A stretch of 64,000 bases of DNA from Beijerinckiaceae bacterium. GTDB lineage: Bacteria; Pseudomonadota; Alphaproteobacteria; Rhizobiales; Beijerinckiaceae. Positions within the stretch are counted from its first letter, which is position 1; each line of letters opens with the position of its first letter. Under the pieces are notes generated by a model. The model made no database searches, was not told the DNA's origin, and saw only the letters and a list, made by a program, of their open reading frames with translations. The DNA lies in contig JAXMCV010000001.1 of the NCBI GenBank assembly GCA_046349215.1, positions 830,434-894,433 on the forward strand, given 5' to 3'. Both the position numbers and the translations under genes were made by a program. This document shows, piece by piece, positions 26,968 to 38,558 of this stretch.

Positions 26968-28293
26968 ATGGCCCAGACTTTCGACCTCATCCTCTCCGGC
27001 GGCGAACTGGTCAATCACGACGGACGCGGCCAGCGCGACATCGGCATTTCAGGCGACACGATCGCCGCCATCGGCGACCTGTCGCGGGCCTCGGCCGGCG
27101 ACCGCATCGACTGCCGGGGCCTGACCATCCTGCCCGGCGTCATCGACAGCCAGGTGCATTTCCGCGAGCCGGGACCTGTCCACAAGGAAGATCTCGAAAC
27201 GGGATCGCGCGCCGCAGCGCTCGGCGGCGTCACCGCCGTGTTCGAGATGCCCAACACCAATCCGCTGACGACCGGCGCGACCGAACTCGCCGACAAGGTT
27301 TCGCGCGGCACGGACCGGATGCATTGCGACTTCGCCTTCTGGGTCGGCGGCACGCACGACAACGTGAAGGACATTCCTGAACTGGAGAGGCTGCCGGGCG
27401 CGGCCGGCATCAAGGTGTTCATGGGGTCCTCGACGGGATCTCTTCTGGTCGAGGACGACGACGGCGTCGCCCGCATTCTCGGCGCCACGCGCCGGCGCGC
27501 CGCCTTCCACTCGGAAGACGAATACCGTCTCAACGAGCGCAAGGATCTGCGCGTCGCGGGCGATCCGAACTCGCATCATGTGTGGCGCGACGTGACGGCT
27601 GCGCTGCAATGCACGCAGCGTCTCGTGCGTATCGCGCGCGACAAGCGCGCGCTGATCCACGTGCTGCACGTCTCGACCGGCGAGGAGATCGAATTTCTGG
27701 CGGGCCACAAGGATGTCGCATCGGTGGAAGTGACGCCGCATCACCTCACGCTGTCTTCCGATGACTACGCGCGCCTCGGCACGAAGCTGCAGATGAACCC
27801 GCCGGTGCGCGAACCGCATCATCGCAAGCGCATCTGGCAGGGCGTCGCTGAAGGCGTCGCGGATATCCTGGGCTCCGATCACGCGCCGCATACGCTGGAG
27901 GAAAAGGCCAAGCCCTATCCGCAGAGCCCTTCAGGCATGACGGGCGTGCAGACGCTCGTGCCCTGCATGCTCGATCACGTCGCGGCCGGCCGCATGACGC
28001 TCGAGCGTTTCGTCGACATGACGAGCGCCGGACCGGCGCGCCTGTTCGGCATCGCGCGCAAGGGCCGCACGGCCGTCGGCTTCGACGCCGATTTCACCAT
28101 CGTCGATCTCAAGCGCCAGGAAACCATCCGCGATTCCTGGATCGCCTCGCGCTGCGGCTGGACGCCCTACGACGGAAAGAGCGTTACGGGCTGGCCGGTC
28201 GGAACGATCGTGCGCGGCGCCAGGGTGATGTGGCAGGGCGAAATCGTCGCGCCGTCGCGCGGTCGCCCGGTGCGCTTTCACGCCGCCTTGTGA
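26968..28293 (+). CDS. pyrC: dihydroorotase-like cyclic amidohydrolase
   Basis: Trimmed to ATG 26968 (MAQTFDLIL..). Motifs IDSQVHFREPG, GIKVFMGSS, FHSEDE, HVLHVST, GSDHAPH. The first motif reads Q-V-H rather than H-x-H. Confidence 0.8.
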   Translation: MAQTFDLILSGGELVNHDGRGQRDIGISGDTIAAIGDLSRASAGDRIDCRGLTILPGVIDSQVHFREPGPVHKEDLETGSRAAALGGVTAVFEMPNTNPLTTGATELADKVSRGTDRMHCDFAFWVGGTHDNVKDIPELERLPGAAGIKVFMGSSTGSLLVEDDDGVARILGATRRRAAFHSEDEYRLNERKDLRVAGDPNSHHVWRDVTAALQCTQRLVRIARDKRALIHVLHVSTGEEIEFLAGHKDVASVEVTPHHLTLSSDDYARLGTKLQMNPPVREPHHRKRIWQGVAEGVADILGSDHAPHTLEEKAKPYPQSPSGMTGVQTLVPCMLDHVAAGRMTLERFVDMTSAGPARLFGIARKGRTAVGFDADFTIVDLKRQETIRDSWIASRCGWTPYDGKSVTGWPVGTIVRGARVMWQGEIVAPSRGRPVRFHAAL

Positions 28294-28296
28294 TCG

Positions 28297-30219
28297 TCAG
28301 GCGGCGGCCATGCTCCGGGCGCCGCCGGCAAACAGCGCGAGAAGCTCCCTCTCGGGCAGCGGCCGCGACACGAGATAGCCCTGCACGCAATCGCAACCGA
28401 CGGCGCGCAGCAGCGCGACCTGTTCGTGCGTCTCGACGCCTTCGGCCGTGACCTCGAGCCCGAGCGATTTCGACAGGCCCAGAATGGCGGCGACGATCGC
28501 CGCCTGGCGCGGATCGGTCGCCATGGCGGCGACGAACTGGCGGTCGATCTTCACCCGCGTCAGCGGCATCCGGTTGAGATAGTTGAGCGAGGCGTAGCCT
28601 GTGCCGAAGTCGTCGAGGGTGATCGAATAGCCCTGGTCGGCAAGCGCCGAGATCACCGTCAAGGCCGGATCGTCGCGGGCGATCAGCAGGGATTCCGTTA
28701 CCTCGATGTCGATGCGGCGATTGTCGACGCCGGAGTCGGCAAGCGCCTCGCGCAAGGTCTCGAACACCGACTGCCCGCGCAATTGCGCGGCGGAAACGTT
28801 CATCGCCATGTGCACGTCGGAAGGAAGCAGCGCCAGCACGCGGCAGGATTCACGCATGATCCATTCGCCGATCTCGTGGATCAGGCCAGTGCGTTCAGCG
28901 ATGGGGATGAACACGTCGGGCGTCACGAGGCCGCGCGTCGGGTGCACCCAGCGCACCAGCGTTTCGCAGGAAGCGATGCGGTTCGTCTTGACGTCGAGGA
29001 TCGGCTGGAACTCGAGCCGCAACTCGCCATTCTCGACGGCCTGTCGGAGATCAGCCTCGAGCTGGCGACGTTCGGAGACGACGCTCTCGTCGAGACTGTC
29101 GAAGAAGCGCACGGGATGATCCGCGTCGGCCTGCCCGGCTTTCAGCGCCGACGCGACGGCGCGCATGAGCGCATCGACGCTTTCGCCGTCCTTGGACGCG
29201 AGGGCGACGCCTGCCGCCCAGAACAATTCGAATTCCTCGCCGCGCGCCGCCGATGGCAGCGCCAGCGCCTTGACCAGCCGCTCGACCGCGCCGGCCGCTT
29301 CCTGCGCGCAGTGAACGCCGGCTAGGATGATCGAGAATTCGCGCTCCGACGTGCAGCCGACGAAGTCGGTCTGGTCGACGAGATCGACCAGATGGTTCGC
29401 CAGCGCGGCGACCAGAACGTCGTCGGCGCTGGTTTCGACTTCCTCGCCGAGCCGTTCGAAACTGATGCTGGCGACCGCGAATTTCTCGCCGAAGCGCTCC
29501 AGCCGCTGGAAAGCGACGCCGAGTTCCTGGGCGAAGGATTCGCGGTTGGGCAGTCCCGTTGCAGGGTCGCGACCGGACGCGCGCTCCGCGTCGATTTCGC
29601 CCTGCAGCCGCTCCACGAGCCTCGCCGCGTAGAGATGCGCGACGCGCGCCAGCGCGATGCCATAGACGAGGAACAGCGCGACGAGCGCAACATGGTCGGC
29701 GCCCTCTATCGCCAGAACGGATGCGATCGCGCCGGCGACCATCGGCGCGACGAAAGCGTAGGCGGCGCCCGGCACGGGCGACAGGAAGAAGGCGCCTGCG
29801 CCCATCATCAGGCAGGTCAGGCAGAAGACGACGAGTTCGCCCGTATTCAGGTCGGAGAAAACGTAGCCGACGGGCAGCGCCGCCCACAGCGCGCCGAGCA
29901 CGAAAGCACGCATGACCGCGTTGAAAATGGCGCGGCGCGTTACATGCGCATGGCGGCGGCGTTTGCGCGCGTCCAGCGTCAGCACGTAACAATAGGCGGA
30001 ATAGACGCAGACCATGAAGGTCCAGCCGATCGCCCACTGCTCCTGCGATTGCTGCAGCATCGAGGCGAGCAGCACGCAGGCGGCGCAGACGCTGAGCACC
30101 ATCATCAGCGGCGTCGAATGGGTCAGCGCGTGAGACTGCTCGGCGCGTATGTGCGCCAGCGCCATCTCATCGGCGCCCCCCGGCGCTCCGGTCAACCAGT
30201 TCCGCAACCGCGGGCCCAT
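28297..30219 (-). CDS. membrane-anchored GGDEF(degenerate)-EAL protein, predicted c-di-GMP phosphodiesterase
   Basis: N-terminal multi-TM region. The GGDEF position reads SEREF. The EAL domain carries ETLVRW, NVSA, EVTES, DDFGTGYASL, KIDRQF, EGVE, QGY. Start chosen at ATG 30219 because the upstream part of ORF 28297..30522 overlaps the next gene; ATG 30165 is an alternative. Confidence 0.85.
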   Translation of the reverse strand: MGPRLRNWLTGAPGGADEMALAHIRAEQSHALTHSTPLMMVLSVCAACVLLASMLQQSQEQWAIGWTFMVCVYSAYCYVLTLDARKRRRHAHVTRRAIFNAVMRAFVLGALWAALPVGYVFSDLNTGELVVFCLTCLMMGAGAFFLSPVPGAAYAFVAPMVAGAIASVLAIEGADHVALVALFLVYGIALARVAHLYAARLVERLQGEIDAERASGRDPATGLPNRESFAQELGVAFQRLERFGEKFAVASISFERLGEEVETSADDVLVAALANHLVDLVDQTDFVGCTSEREFSIILAGVHCAQEAAGAVERLVKALALPSAARGEEFELFWAAGVALASKDGESVDALMRAVASALKAGQADADHPVRFFDSLDESVVSERRQLEADLRQAVENGELRLEFQPILDVKTNRIASCETLVRWVHPTRGLVTPDVFIPIAERTGLIHEIGEWIMRESCRVLALLPSDVHMAMNVSAAQLRGQSVFETLREALADSGVDNRRIDIEVTESLLIARDDPALTVISALADQGYSITLDDFGTGYASLNYLNRMPLTRVKIDRQFVAAMATDPRQAAIVAAILGLSKSLGLEVTAEGVETHEQVALLRAVGCDCVQGYLVSRPLPERELLALFAGGARSMAAA

Positions 30220-30326
30220 GCCCCAAGTCCTTGCTGGACCAACTTTCTCGGGTCGAGAATGACAGACCGGACTTGCCGCTGCGTGAAGCGGGATCGCTAA
30301 AATTGAATGCAATGGAGCATAGATGC

Positions 30327-30857
30327 TTAACCTTGGCCGCGCGGCCCCGGCGACGTCCAGAACGTGTGCCATACGCCGTCTGCGCCGATCGCCAGTTCCA
30401 TCGGCATGGCGCGGCCGTCGGCGAGCGGCGAGGCGAGGTCGGCGAAACGCACGCAGGTCAACATGATCTCGCGCTCGGCCGGCGTCGGATCGGCCGGCGG
30501 GCGCAGCGCGAAGGCGGGCCAAACATAGAGCGTCGTCGGACCGCGCACGACCTTGACGAAAGCCTGCCGCAGGACGGCGCGCAACAGGGCGATGATTTCC
30601 TGGCCCGCTGGATCGGCCGACATCGCCTTCAGCCGCGCGACAGGGTCCTCGCCCGGCGCGCGGCGCGCGCCGCGTTCGAACAGGGGCCGCAATTCGTTCC
30701 AGTCGATCGGAATGCGCAGCGCCTCGATGTCGCCCTTTGCGCAGGCCTGCAGGATCTTCTGTCGCATGGCGACGACAAGCGGCGGCAGGGCCGTCGCGTC
30801 GGTCATCGGTTCGGAAATCGTCTCGACCGGCTCTCGCGCGCGCACGTTCTTGGCCAT
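30327..30857 (-). CDS. hypothetical protein (176 aa)
   Basis: ATG start, high GC3, no family recognised. Confidence 0.5.
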   Translation of the reverse strand: MAKNVRAREPVETISEPMTDATALPPLVVAMRQKILQACAKGDIEALRIPIDWNELRPLFERGARRAPGEDPVARLKAMSADPAGQEIIALLRAVLRQAFVKVVRGPTTLYVWPAFALRPPADPTPAEREIMLTCVRFADLASPLADGRAMPMELAIGADGVWHTFWTSPGPRGQG

Positions 30858-30896
30858 GCGCTGTCGTAAGCCGCGCGAGCGTCCAGACGCAAGAAG

Positions 30897-31175
30897 CTAG
30901 TGCCGCGCGCCGATCGTGAATTCGCCGCGTCGCACCCGATCGGGCAGGCGCGCGGCAAAGGTCGCCACCGCATCTTCGCCATAGCAGGCGACCAGTTCCT
31001 GGATCCCTGCGGCGATCGCTGCGTCGGCGAAGGATTCCATGTCGATGCCGGCGATGATCGCTTCGGCGAAAGCCTCGTTCACGTAGATCAGCGCCGCGCG
31101 ACGATCGTCGGTGTCGATGGCAAGGTCTATATCGGGATCGTTGTGGGCGCGCAGCGGCTTCATGGGCGCGGACAT
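30897..31175 (-). CDS. hypothetical small acidic protein (92 aa)
   Basis: Trimmed to ATG 31175 (MSAPMKPLRAHND..). High GC3. The upstream part of ORF 30897..31493 overlaps the TIGR02301 gene out of frame. Confidence 0.4.
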   Translation of the reverse strand: MSAPMKPLRAHNDPDIDLAIDTDDRRAALIYVNEAFAEAIIAGIDMESFADAAIAAGIQELVACYGEDAVATFAARLPDRVRRGEFTIGARH

Positions 31176-31260
31176 TAATGCGGGCTTGGGCTGCGCGCGA
31201 CGCCGGTCTTTCCGAAAGGTTAATTCAACACGAACGCAATTCGTTAACCCTGTAAGAGGG

Positions 31261-31728
31261 TCAGGAACCACCGAAACGGTAGGAAATTTCATGGGCGATC
31301 CTCCCGCCCTCGTCGACGAATCGCGAGATCGCCATGCGCGCGTTCGGCGTGCATGCGCGATAGGTGGTTTCGTAGCCGTGGTAGCCCCTGTTGTAGGCGC
31401 CGGCGAGCCTTTCGCGACGCTCCGGCGCCGTTGCTTCGGCGTCGAGCAGCGCCGCCATGCGCGCGCGATATTCGCCGCTGTCGTCGTCGCCACAGACGCC
31501 GCGCAACCAGGCGAGCGCGCCCATGATCTCCGAGAGCCGCGTCAATTGCGCCTCGTAGGGCGGCGACCCGTCGGAGGGCTGCTGCGGCGGCGGCTCCGGT
31601 TCGGGGGCCGGCTTCTCCACGACTGCGGGCTTCTTCGGCGCCGTCGCCGGCTTGCGCTCGACGGCAAGCGCGGTCGTCGCGCCGAGCGCCATCGCCACGA
31701 GCAATGCGGTCGGGCGGAGCAGCGTCAC
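31261..31728 (-). CDS. TIGR02301 family secreted protein
   Basis: GTG 31728 forms a GTGA overlap with the NUDIX stop. Signal peptide LLRPTALLVAMALGATTALA. The conserved core YEAQLTRLSEIMGALAWLRGVCG..FNRGYHGYETTYRACTP matches my recollection of this alphaproteobacterial family. Confidence 0.75.
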   Translation of the reverse strand: MTLLRPTALLVAMALGATTALAVERKPATAPKKPAVVEKPAPEPEPPPQQPSDGSPPYEAQLTRLSEIMGALAWLRGVCGDDDSGEYRARMAALLDAEATAPERRERLAGAYNRGYHGYETTYRACTPNARMAISRFVDEGGRIAHEISYRFGGS

Positions 31729-32219
31729 GTGGCGCTCCGGAAGATTTCGGCGGCCTGCGCGAGGATGCGGCCGAGGTGGGGCGTGGTCGGGAGGTCGCCG
31801 AGGTCGTCCGGATCGACCCAGCGCACCTCGCCTGCTTCCGGCCCTGTCGTCGCCTCGCCGGCGACCCACGCGCCGACGAAGGACGCGACGACGAAATGAT
31901 GTCGAACCCGCCCCTGTTCGTCGCGGTCGACGCGCTGGACGTGGCGGTTGAAGCCCACGATCCGCGCCTCCACGCCGACCTCCTCCATCAATTCGCGCAG
32001 CGCGGCCTGCTCCAGGGTTTCGCCCGCCTCGACCAGGCCGCCCGGCAAGGACCAGACGCCGGCGCCGGGATTCTTGGTCCGCGTCGCGATCAGCGCCTTG
32101 CCATCCCGGAAGACGGCGACGGAAGCCGCCAGCAACGGATAGGCGGGATAGGCGCGCGGGTCGGCGGCGAGGACAGGCGAAGTGGGCGTCGTCGGCGTAG
32201 TCATTGTCGGCGTCGTCAT
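31725..32219 (-). CDS. NUDIX hydrolase
   Basis: Trimmed to ATG 32219. Nudix box GGLVEAGETLEQAALRELMEEVGV. Confidence 0.85.
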   Translation of the reverse strand: MTTPTMTTPTTPTSPVLAADPRAYPAYPLLAASVAVFRDGKALIATRTKNPGAGVWSLPGGLVEAGETLEQAALRELMEEVGVEARIVGFNRHVQRVDRDEQGRVRHHFVVASFVGAWVAGEATTGPEAGEVRWVDPDDLGDLPTTPHLGRILAQAAEIFRSAT

Positions 32220-32292
32220 GGCCTCGCTTTTAGGCCGCAATGGGACGGGCTGGCTCTTAGCATGAGGAAGGGCCCAAAGTCGCGCTCTGGCT

Positions 32293-32919
32293 TCAGGGAT
32301 ACAGCCGTTGTTTCCGCCAGTCGCCCTCCGGCGCATCGCGCCGGAAGTCGATGCGCTCGTGCAGGCGGAACGGTTTGTCGGACCAGAATTCGAATTGCAG
32401 CGGCCTGATGCGGAAGCCGCGCCAGTAGGGCGGACGCGGCACGTCGCCGACGGCGTATCTGGCCGCGTATCTGGCGACCGCCGTCTCGAGCGCGAACCGG
32501 CTTTCGAGCGGCCGGGACTGCTGGCTCGCCCAGGCGCCGATCCGGCTGTCGCGCGGGCGGCTGGCGAAATAGGCGTCCGATTCCGCCTCCGTCACCTGTT
32601 CGACGAGGCCGCGAATGCGGATCTGACGCCGCAGCGATTTCCAGTGGAACAGCGCCGCGGCGCGGCCTGCCGCCTGCAGTTCGCGGCCCTTGGCGCTCTC
32701 GGCGTTGGTGTAGAAGACCGGCCCCTGACGGTCGAAGCCCTTCAGCAGAACCATGCGGACGTTGGGCAGGCCCGTTTCGTCGACGGTCGCCAGGGCCATG
32801 GCCTCGGGATCGTTGATTTCCTTCTGGCGCGCCTCGGCGAGCCAGCTCTCGAACAGGGCAAAAGGTTCTGCGGCTTCGGTAAAGTCACCGGCCGTTAACG
32901 GCTGTGCGGGAGAATCCAT
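32293..32919 (-). CDS. pdxH: pyridoxamine 5'-phosphate oxidase
   Basis: Trimmed to ATG 32919 (MDSPAQPL..). Motifs [41 protein letters not shown] and the C-terminal RLYP. Confidence 0.95.
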   Translation of the reverse strand: MDSPAQPLTAGDFTEAAEPFALFESWLAEARQKEINDPEAMALATVDETGLPNVRMVLLKGFDRQGPVFYTNAESAKGRELQAAGRAAALFHWKSLRRQIRIRGLVEQVTEAESDAYFASRPRDSRIGAWASQQSRPLESRFALETAVARYAARYAVGDVPRPPYWRGFRIRPLQFEFWSDKPFRLHERIDFRRDAPEGDWRKQRLYP

Positions 32920-32977
32920 AAGAGTTCTTGTACCACGGCGGACCGTAGTGCGTATCCCAATCCGCTCCAGTAACGCG

Positions 32978-33460
32978 TTGACGGCCTGCCCGACGCCTCC
33001 GGCGTCGGCCAGGTTCGTCGTGATCGGCGTCGCCGCGGCGGTACTCTCCGGATGCTCCATCTCGCTTCCTTCCTCCAATACGGCCTCGCTCGTCGACTAC
33101 GAGCCGACCGCGTCGATTCCGGCAAAGCCGAAGCCGGCCGCGATTCCGTCGGCGTCCGACCCGTCGCCGCTCTCGAAACATCTGGAAGCCGAGGACTGGC
33201 GCCGGGCCAAGGCGGCGCTTGGGGTCGCGCTCGACCCGCAGGGCAATGGCGCGACGGTCGCCTGGTCCAATCCGCAGAGCGGGCGCTCCGGATCCTTCGT
33301 GCCCGTGGCGTCCCCCTACCCCGTCGACGGACAGGTCTGCCGGGCCTTCGTGGCCAGGATCCACGGCGATCCGACCGAGCATCTCCAGGGCGCCGCCTGC
33401 CGGATTTCCGGCACGGACGACTGGGATGTGAAGAATATCAAGCCCTTCAAGGACGGCTGA
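32978..33460 (+). CDS. 17-kDa-surface-antigen-like (RT0821/Lpp0805 family) lipoprotein
   Basis: Lipobox AAAVLSGC. Conserved region [18 protein letters not shown]...GQVCRAF...GAACR. There is no in-frame ATG, so the start is TTG 32978, GTG 32948 or GTG 33020 and is uncertain. Confidence 0.6.
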   Translation: MTACPTPPASARFVVIGVAAAVLSGCSISLPSSNTASLVDYEPTASIPAKPKPAAIPSASDPSPLSKHLEAEDWRRAKAALGVALDPQGNGATVAWSNPQSGRSGSFVPVASPYPVDGQVCRAFVARIHGDPTEHLQGAACRISGTDDWDVKNIKPFKDG

Positions 33461-33606
33461 CGGCTGCGAAAACTCGCGCCAAGCCCGGGCTTCGAACAGA
33501 TTCCGGCCGCAAAGGCATGACACAAGGCGCGCGACCGCAACGGGCGGCGCTAGGCGATTCGCCGCGCAGACCCTCTGGCCAACCCTGCAACGTCATCGGA
33601 TCGAAT

Positions 33607-33960
33607 ATGTTCCAACCGAGAAAACTCGCGCTCGCGCTTACGCTCGCCTCCGCCCTCGCGCTCCCCGCGGCCGCCGGTTCGTCCGGCAAATACGACGGGT
33701 CGTGGTCGGTTTCGGTCGTGACCGAAAAGGGCGCCTGCGACGCCTATACCTGGACGGTCGTCGTGGCCGGCGACCGCCTGCTGCGGGTCGAGGAACTGCC
33801 GGTCAGCGCATCTGGCACGATCGCTCCCAACGGGCAGGCGCGCTTCCAGGTCGCCAGCATGGTCAACGCCGACGGCCAGATGCTCGAGAAGAGCGGCAGC
33901 GGCAAGTGGGACGCGCCGAGCAAGTCCTGCTCCGGCCGCTGGCGCGCCGCGCGTCTGTGA
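33607..33960 (+). CDS. secreted hypothetical protein (117 aa)
   Basis: ATG 33607 and signal peptide MFQPRKLALALTLASALALPAAAG. High GC3. Confidence 0.5.
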   Translation: MFQPRKLALALTLASALALPAAAGSSGKYDGSWSVSVVTEKGACDAYTWTVVVAGDRLLRVEELPVSASGTIAPNGQARFQVASMVNADGQMLEKSGSGKWDAPSKSCSGRWRAARL

Positions 33961-33967
33961 CGGCGGC

Positions 33968-35992
<2,025 letters not shown>

Positions 35993-36033
35993 GGCAGGGA
36001 AGATAGGGCGCTCGACGGCGCCCGGCCAATCGC

Positions 36034-36795
36034 TCAGAATTTTCCGTGTCGCCCCTCGCCGGAGGCGAAGCGCGCCGCGCCGTCGCGTCCGTCGACATGC
36101 AGCGAGCGGTCGCCGAGAAACGCCTCCTGTCGCAGCGCCGTCGGCATGTCGAGCGACCATTGGTCGAGCGCCGAGCGGCGGTCGGAGCGCATGCAGGCCT
36201 GCGGGAAGGCGGCGATCTGGCGGGCGAGCGCCACCGACGCCGCCAGCGCCTCGCCGGCGGCGACGACGCGGTTGGCAAGACCGAAGGAAAGCGCCTCGTC
36301 GGCCGCGACCGGGCGGCCCGTCAGGATCATGTCGAGCGCGCGCGACTGGCCGATCACACGCGGCAGGCGGATCGTGCCGCCATCGATCAGCGGCACGCCC
36401 CAGCGCCGGCAGAACACGCCGAAGACCGCCGTGGTCGAGGCCACGCGCAGATCGCACATCAGCGCCAGTTCGAGGCCGCCGGCGACCGCATAGCCTTCGA
36501 CGGCCGCGATCATCGGCTTGTTCACGACGAGGCGCGTCGGACCGAGCGGGCCGCGTCCTGCAGGATCGTGCGAGAAGGATTCCCGGCCTGACACGGCCTT
36601 GAGGTCGGCGCCGGAACAGAAATTGCCGTTCGCGCCCGTCAGCACCAGCGCGCTCGCAGCGGAGTCCGCATCGAAACGCGTGATCGCGTCGTGCAGCGCT
36701 TCGGCGGTTTCGGGATCGATGGCGTTTCGCGCGGCCGGCCGGTCGATGGTGAGTATGCGAACCGGGCCGTCCTGATCCTCCCGCAATGTCGTCAT
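36034..36795 (-). CDS. enoyl-CoA hydratase/isomerase (crotonase) family protein
   Basis: Trimmed to ATG 36795 (MTTLREDQDGPVRILTIDRPAARNAI). Oxyanion-hole region FCSGADLK and AAVEGYAVAGGLELAL. Confidence 0.85.
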   Translation of the reverse strand: MTTLREDQDGPVRILTIDRPAARNAIDPETAEALHDAITRFDADSAASALVLTGANGNFCSGADLKAVSGRESFSHDPAGRGPLGPTRLVVNKPMIAAVEGYAVAGGLELALMCDLRVASTTAVFGVFCRRWGVPLIDGGTIRLPRVIGQSRALDMILTGRPVAADEALSFGLANRVVAAGEALAASVALARQIAAFPQACMRSDRRSALDQWSLDMPTALRQEAFLGDRSLHVDGRDGAARFASGEGRHGKF

Positions 36796-36851
36796 GTCGT
36801 TTCCTCCCCGGGAAACGACATGCGATCCAAAGCGGAAGGGCAAGTCAACGA

Positions 36852-37073
36852 TCAGCCGGCGGCGCGGATCAGCGCGAGGCTCTCGTCGAAACGCAGGTCG
36901 AGGGGGCGGCCACGGGAGGCTGCTTCGTAGCGGGCGAAACGCATGGCGCTGGAAAGGTCGCCGAACACGCCGCCGATGCGGCCTTCGGTCTCGGTCACGA
37001 CGAACGAGGCGCCGGTTCCGCGGCTGAGGCGGAAGGAAAGCGGGGCATTGGCGCCTTGCGGGCGGGTATCCAT
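36852..37073 (-). CDS. hypothetical small protein (73 aa)
   Basis: ATG 37073 with GGAGCC upstream. Very high GC3. No family recognised. Confidence 0.45.
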   Translation of the reverse strand: MDTRPQGANAPLSFRLSRGTGASFVVTETEGRIGGVFGDLSSAMRFARYEAASRGRPLDLRFDESLALIRAAG

Positions 37074-37244
37074 GATCGAACCAGGCTCCAGTTGACGATG
37101 CCGTCGCTTTTGGCAGGTCCCAGATGAACGCAACCTGAGCGACACATTCGAGCTATCCCCCGATCAAGGCGCCCGCGCGGCGTCAAAACGCACGTTGCAG
37201 CCACATTTCGGGGCGTGCCAAGCTTCCGGCAAAGGGAAGATTCG

Positions 37245-38243
37245 ATGCGCCACGGCCCGCTGAACCTCATCACCGATGTCGAAGGCATCGCGGTCGGCAA
37301 TACGCAGGACGCAAGGATCGCGACAGGCGTGACCGTGGCGCTGTTCGAACCGGAGGCCGTCGCCTCGGTGGCGATCACCGGCGGAGCGCCGGCCGGACGC
37401 GACCAGGAATGCCTGGCGCTGGAAGCGACGCTGGAAGGCATACACGCCATCGTGCTGTCGGGCGGATCGAGCTTCGGGCTGGACGCCGCGACCGGCGCGC
37501 AGGCCTGGCTGCGCGAACAGGGGCGCGGCATCGCCTTCGGCCGAACAATCATCCCTATCGCGCCGCAGGCGATCTGCTTCGACCTGATGAATGGCGGCGA
37601 CAAGGACTGGGGCCGTTTCCCGCCCTATCGCGACCTCGCCTATGCGGCATGCGGCGCAGCCGCGAAGACTTTCGCGCTCGGGACGGCCGGCGGGGGCTAT
37701 GGCGCAACGACGGCCGACCTGAAAGGCGGGCTGGGTTCGGCGAGCGTCGTCACGTCGGCGGGCCACACAGTCGGCGCGCTCGTGATCGTCAACGCCATCG
37801 GTTCGGCGGTGGCCGGCGGCGGTCCGCATTTCTGGGCTTCGCCCTGGGAGATCGGCAAGGAATTCGGCGGGCTGGGACTGGGAGAGGCGCCTTCGACGGC
37901 GCTCGCCTGGAAGGGACGGCCGGTCACCCCTGCGACGACGATCGGTCTCGTGGCCACCGACGCCAGGCTTACAAAGGCGCAAGCCAAACGCATGGCCATC
38001 GCCGCGTCCGGAGGGCTCTCGAAGGGATTGCGGCTCGCGCACGCCATCTTCGACGGCGACACGATGTTCGCGGCCTCGACCGGCCGGCGGACGATGAATG
38101 ATCCGACAGCGGAATTCATCGAGATCTGCGCGCTGGCCTCCGACTGCCTGGCGCGCGGAATCGCGCGGGCGGTGTACGAGGCGACCGCCCTTCCCTTCGC
38201 GGAAGCGCCGCCGGCGTGGCGCGACAAATTCGGACGTCCGTGA
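37245..38243 (+). CDS. P1/S58 family peptidase (DmpA/L-aminopeptidase-like)
   Basis: AGGGAAG RBS, then ATG 37245. Motifs LNLITDVEGIAVGN, TGVTVALFE, LSGGSSFGLDA, TTIGLVATDA. Confidence 0.85.
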   Translation: MRHGPLNLITDVEGIAVGNTQDARIATGVTVALFEPEAVASVAITGGAPAGRDQECLALEATLEGIHAIVLSGGSSFGLDAATGAQAWLREQGRGIAFGRTIIPIAPQAICFDLMNGGDKDWGRFPPYRDLAYAACGAAAKTFALGTAGGGYGATTADLKGGLGSASVVTSAGHTVGALVIVNAIGSAVAGGGPHFWASPWEIGKEFGGLGLGEAPSTALAWKGRPVTPATTIGLVATDARLTKAQAKRMAIAASGGLSKGLRLAHAIFDGDTMFAASTGRRTMNDPTAEFIEICALASDCLARGIARAVYEATALPFAEAPPAWRDKFGRP

Positions 38244-38315
38244 GGCGATCGACCGTCGCTTTCGAGGGGCGTCTGGCGCTAACGCGCGCTCACACGCCGG
38301 CTGCGATCGAGAACA

Positions 38316-38366
38316 GTAAATTTTAATTCATTGTTTCGGCGAATTTGGCTCAAAGTCGCGCTAAAT
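38316..38366 (+). repeat. copy 1 of an AT-rich ~51-bp direct repeat (GTAAATTTTAATTCATTGTTT..TTTGGCTCAAAGTCGCGCTAAAT)
   Basis: Aligned by eye with 38548..38598. The two flanking blocks match 20/21 and 20/22; the central ~8 nt differ. Confidence 0.7.
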
Positions 38367-38369
38367 TTT

Positions 38370-38558
38370 ATGCGCGGCCACATCGATGCGCCCATCGGTG
38401 ACAACGAGCGCCAGTCTTTTCGCGAAATCCCGTTCAACCCTATGCAATCGCCTACGTCGTTCATTCGCATGGCAATGATCGTGCAGCGCAGCACGACCAA
38501 ATGGCCGCTGGCCGCGATCCCGCGCGCGGCGTCACAGGCCGCGATTGGTAAATTTTGA
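38370..38558 (+). CDS. possible small ORF (62 aa) directly after repeat copy 1
   Basis: ATG 38370 within ORF 38331..38558. GC3 of this frame is clearly higher than that of the overlapping minus-strand ORF. There is no RBS and no recognisable family. Confidence 0.3.
   Translation: MRGHIDAPIGDNERQSFREIPFNPMQSPTSFIRMAMIVQRSTTKWPLAAIPRAASQAAIGKF

Noticed and set aside
38344-38362. Possible sigma-54 promoter (TGGC-N-GC) inside the direct repeats (TTGGCTCAAAGTCGCGC).
   Set aside because: The GG..GC spacing is off by one relative to TGGCAC-N5-TTGC, and the -12 element lacks TTGC. No enhancer-binding protein gene is nearby.
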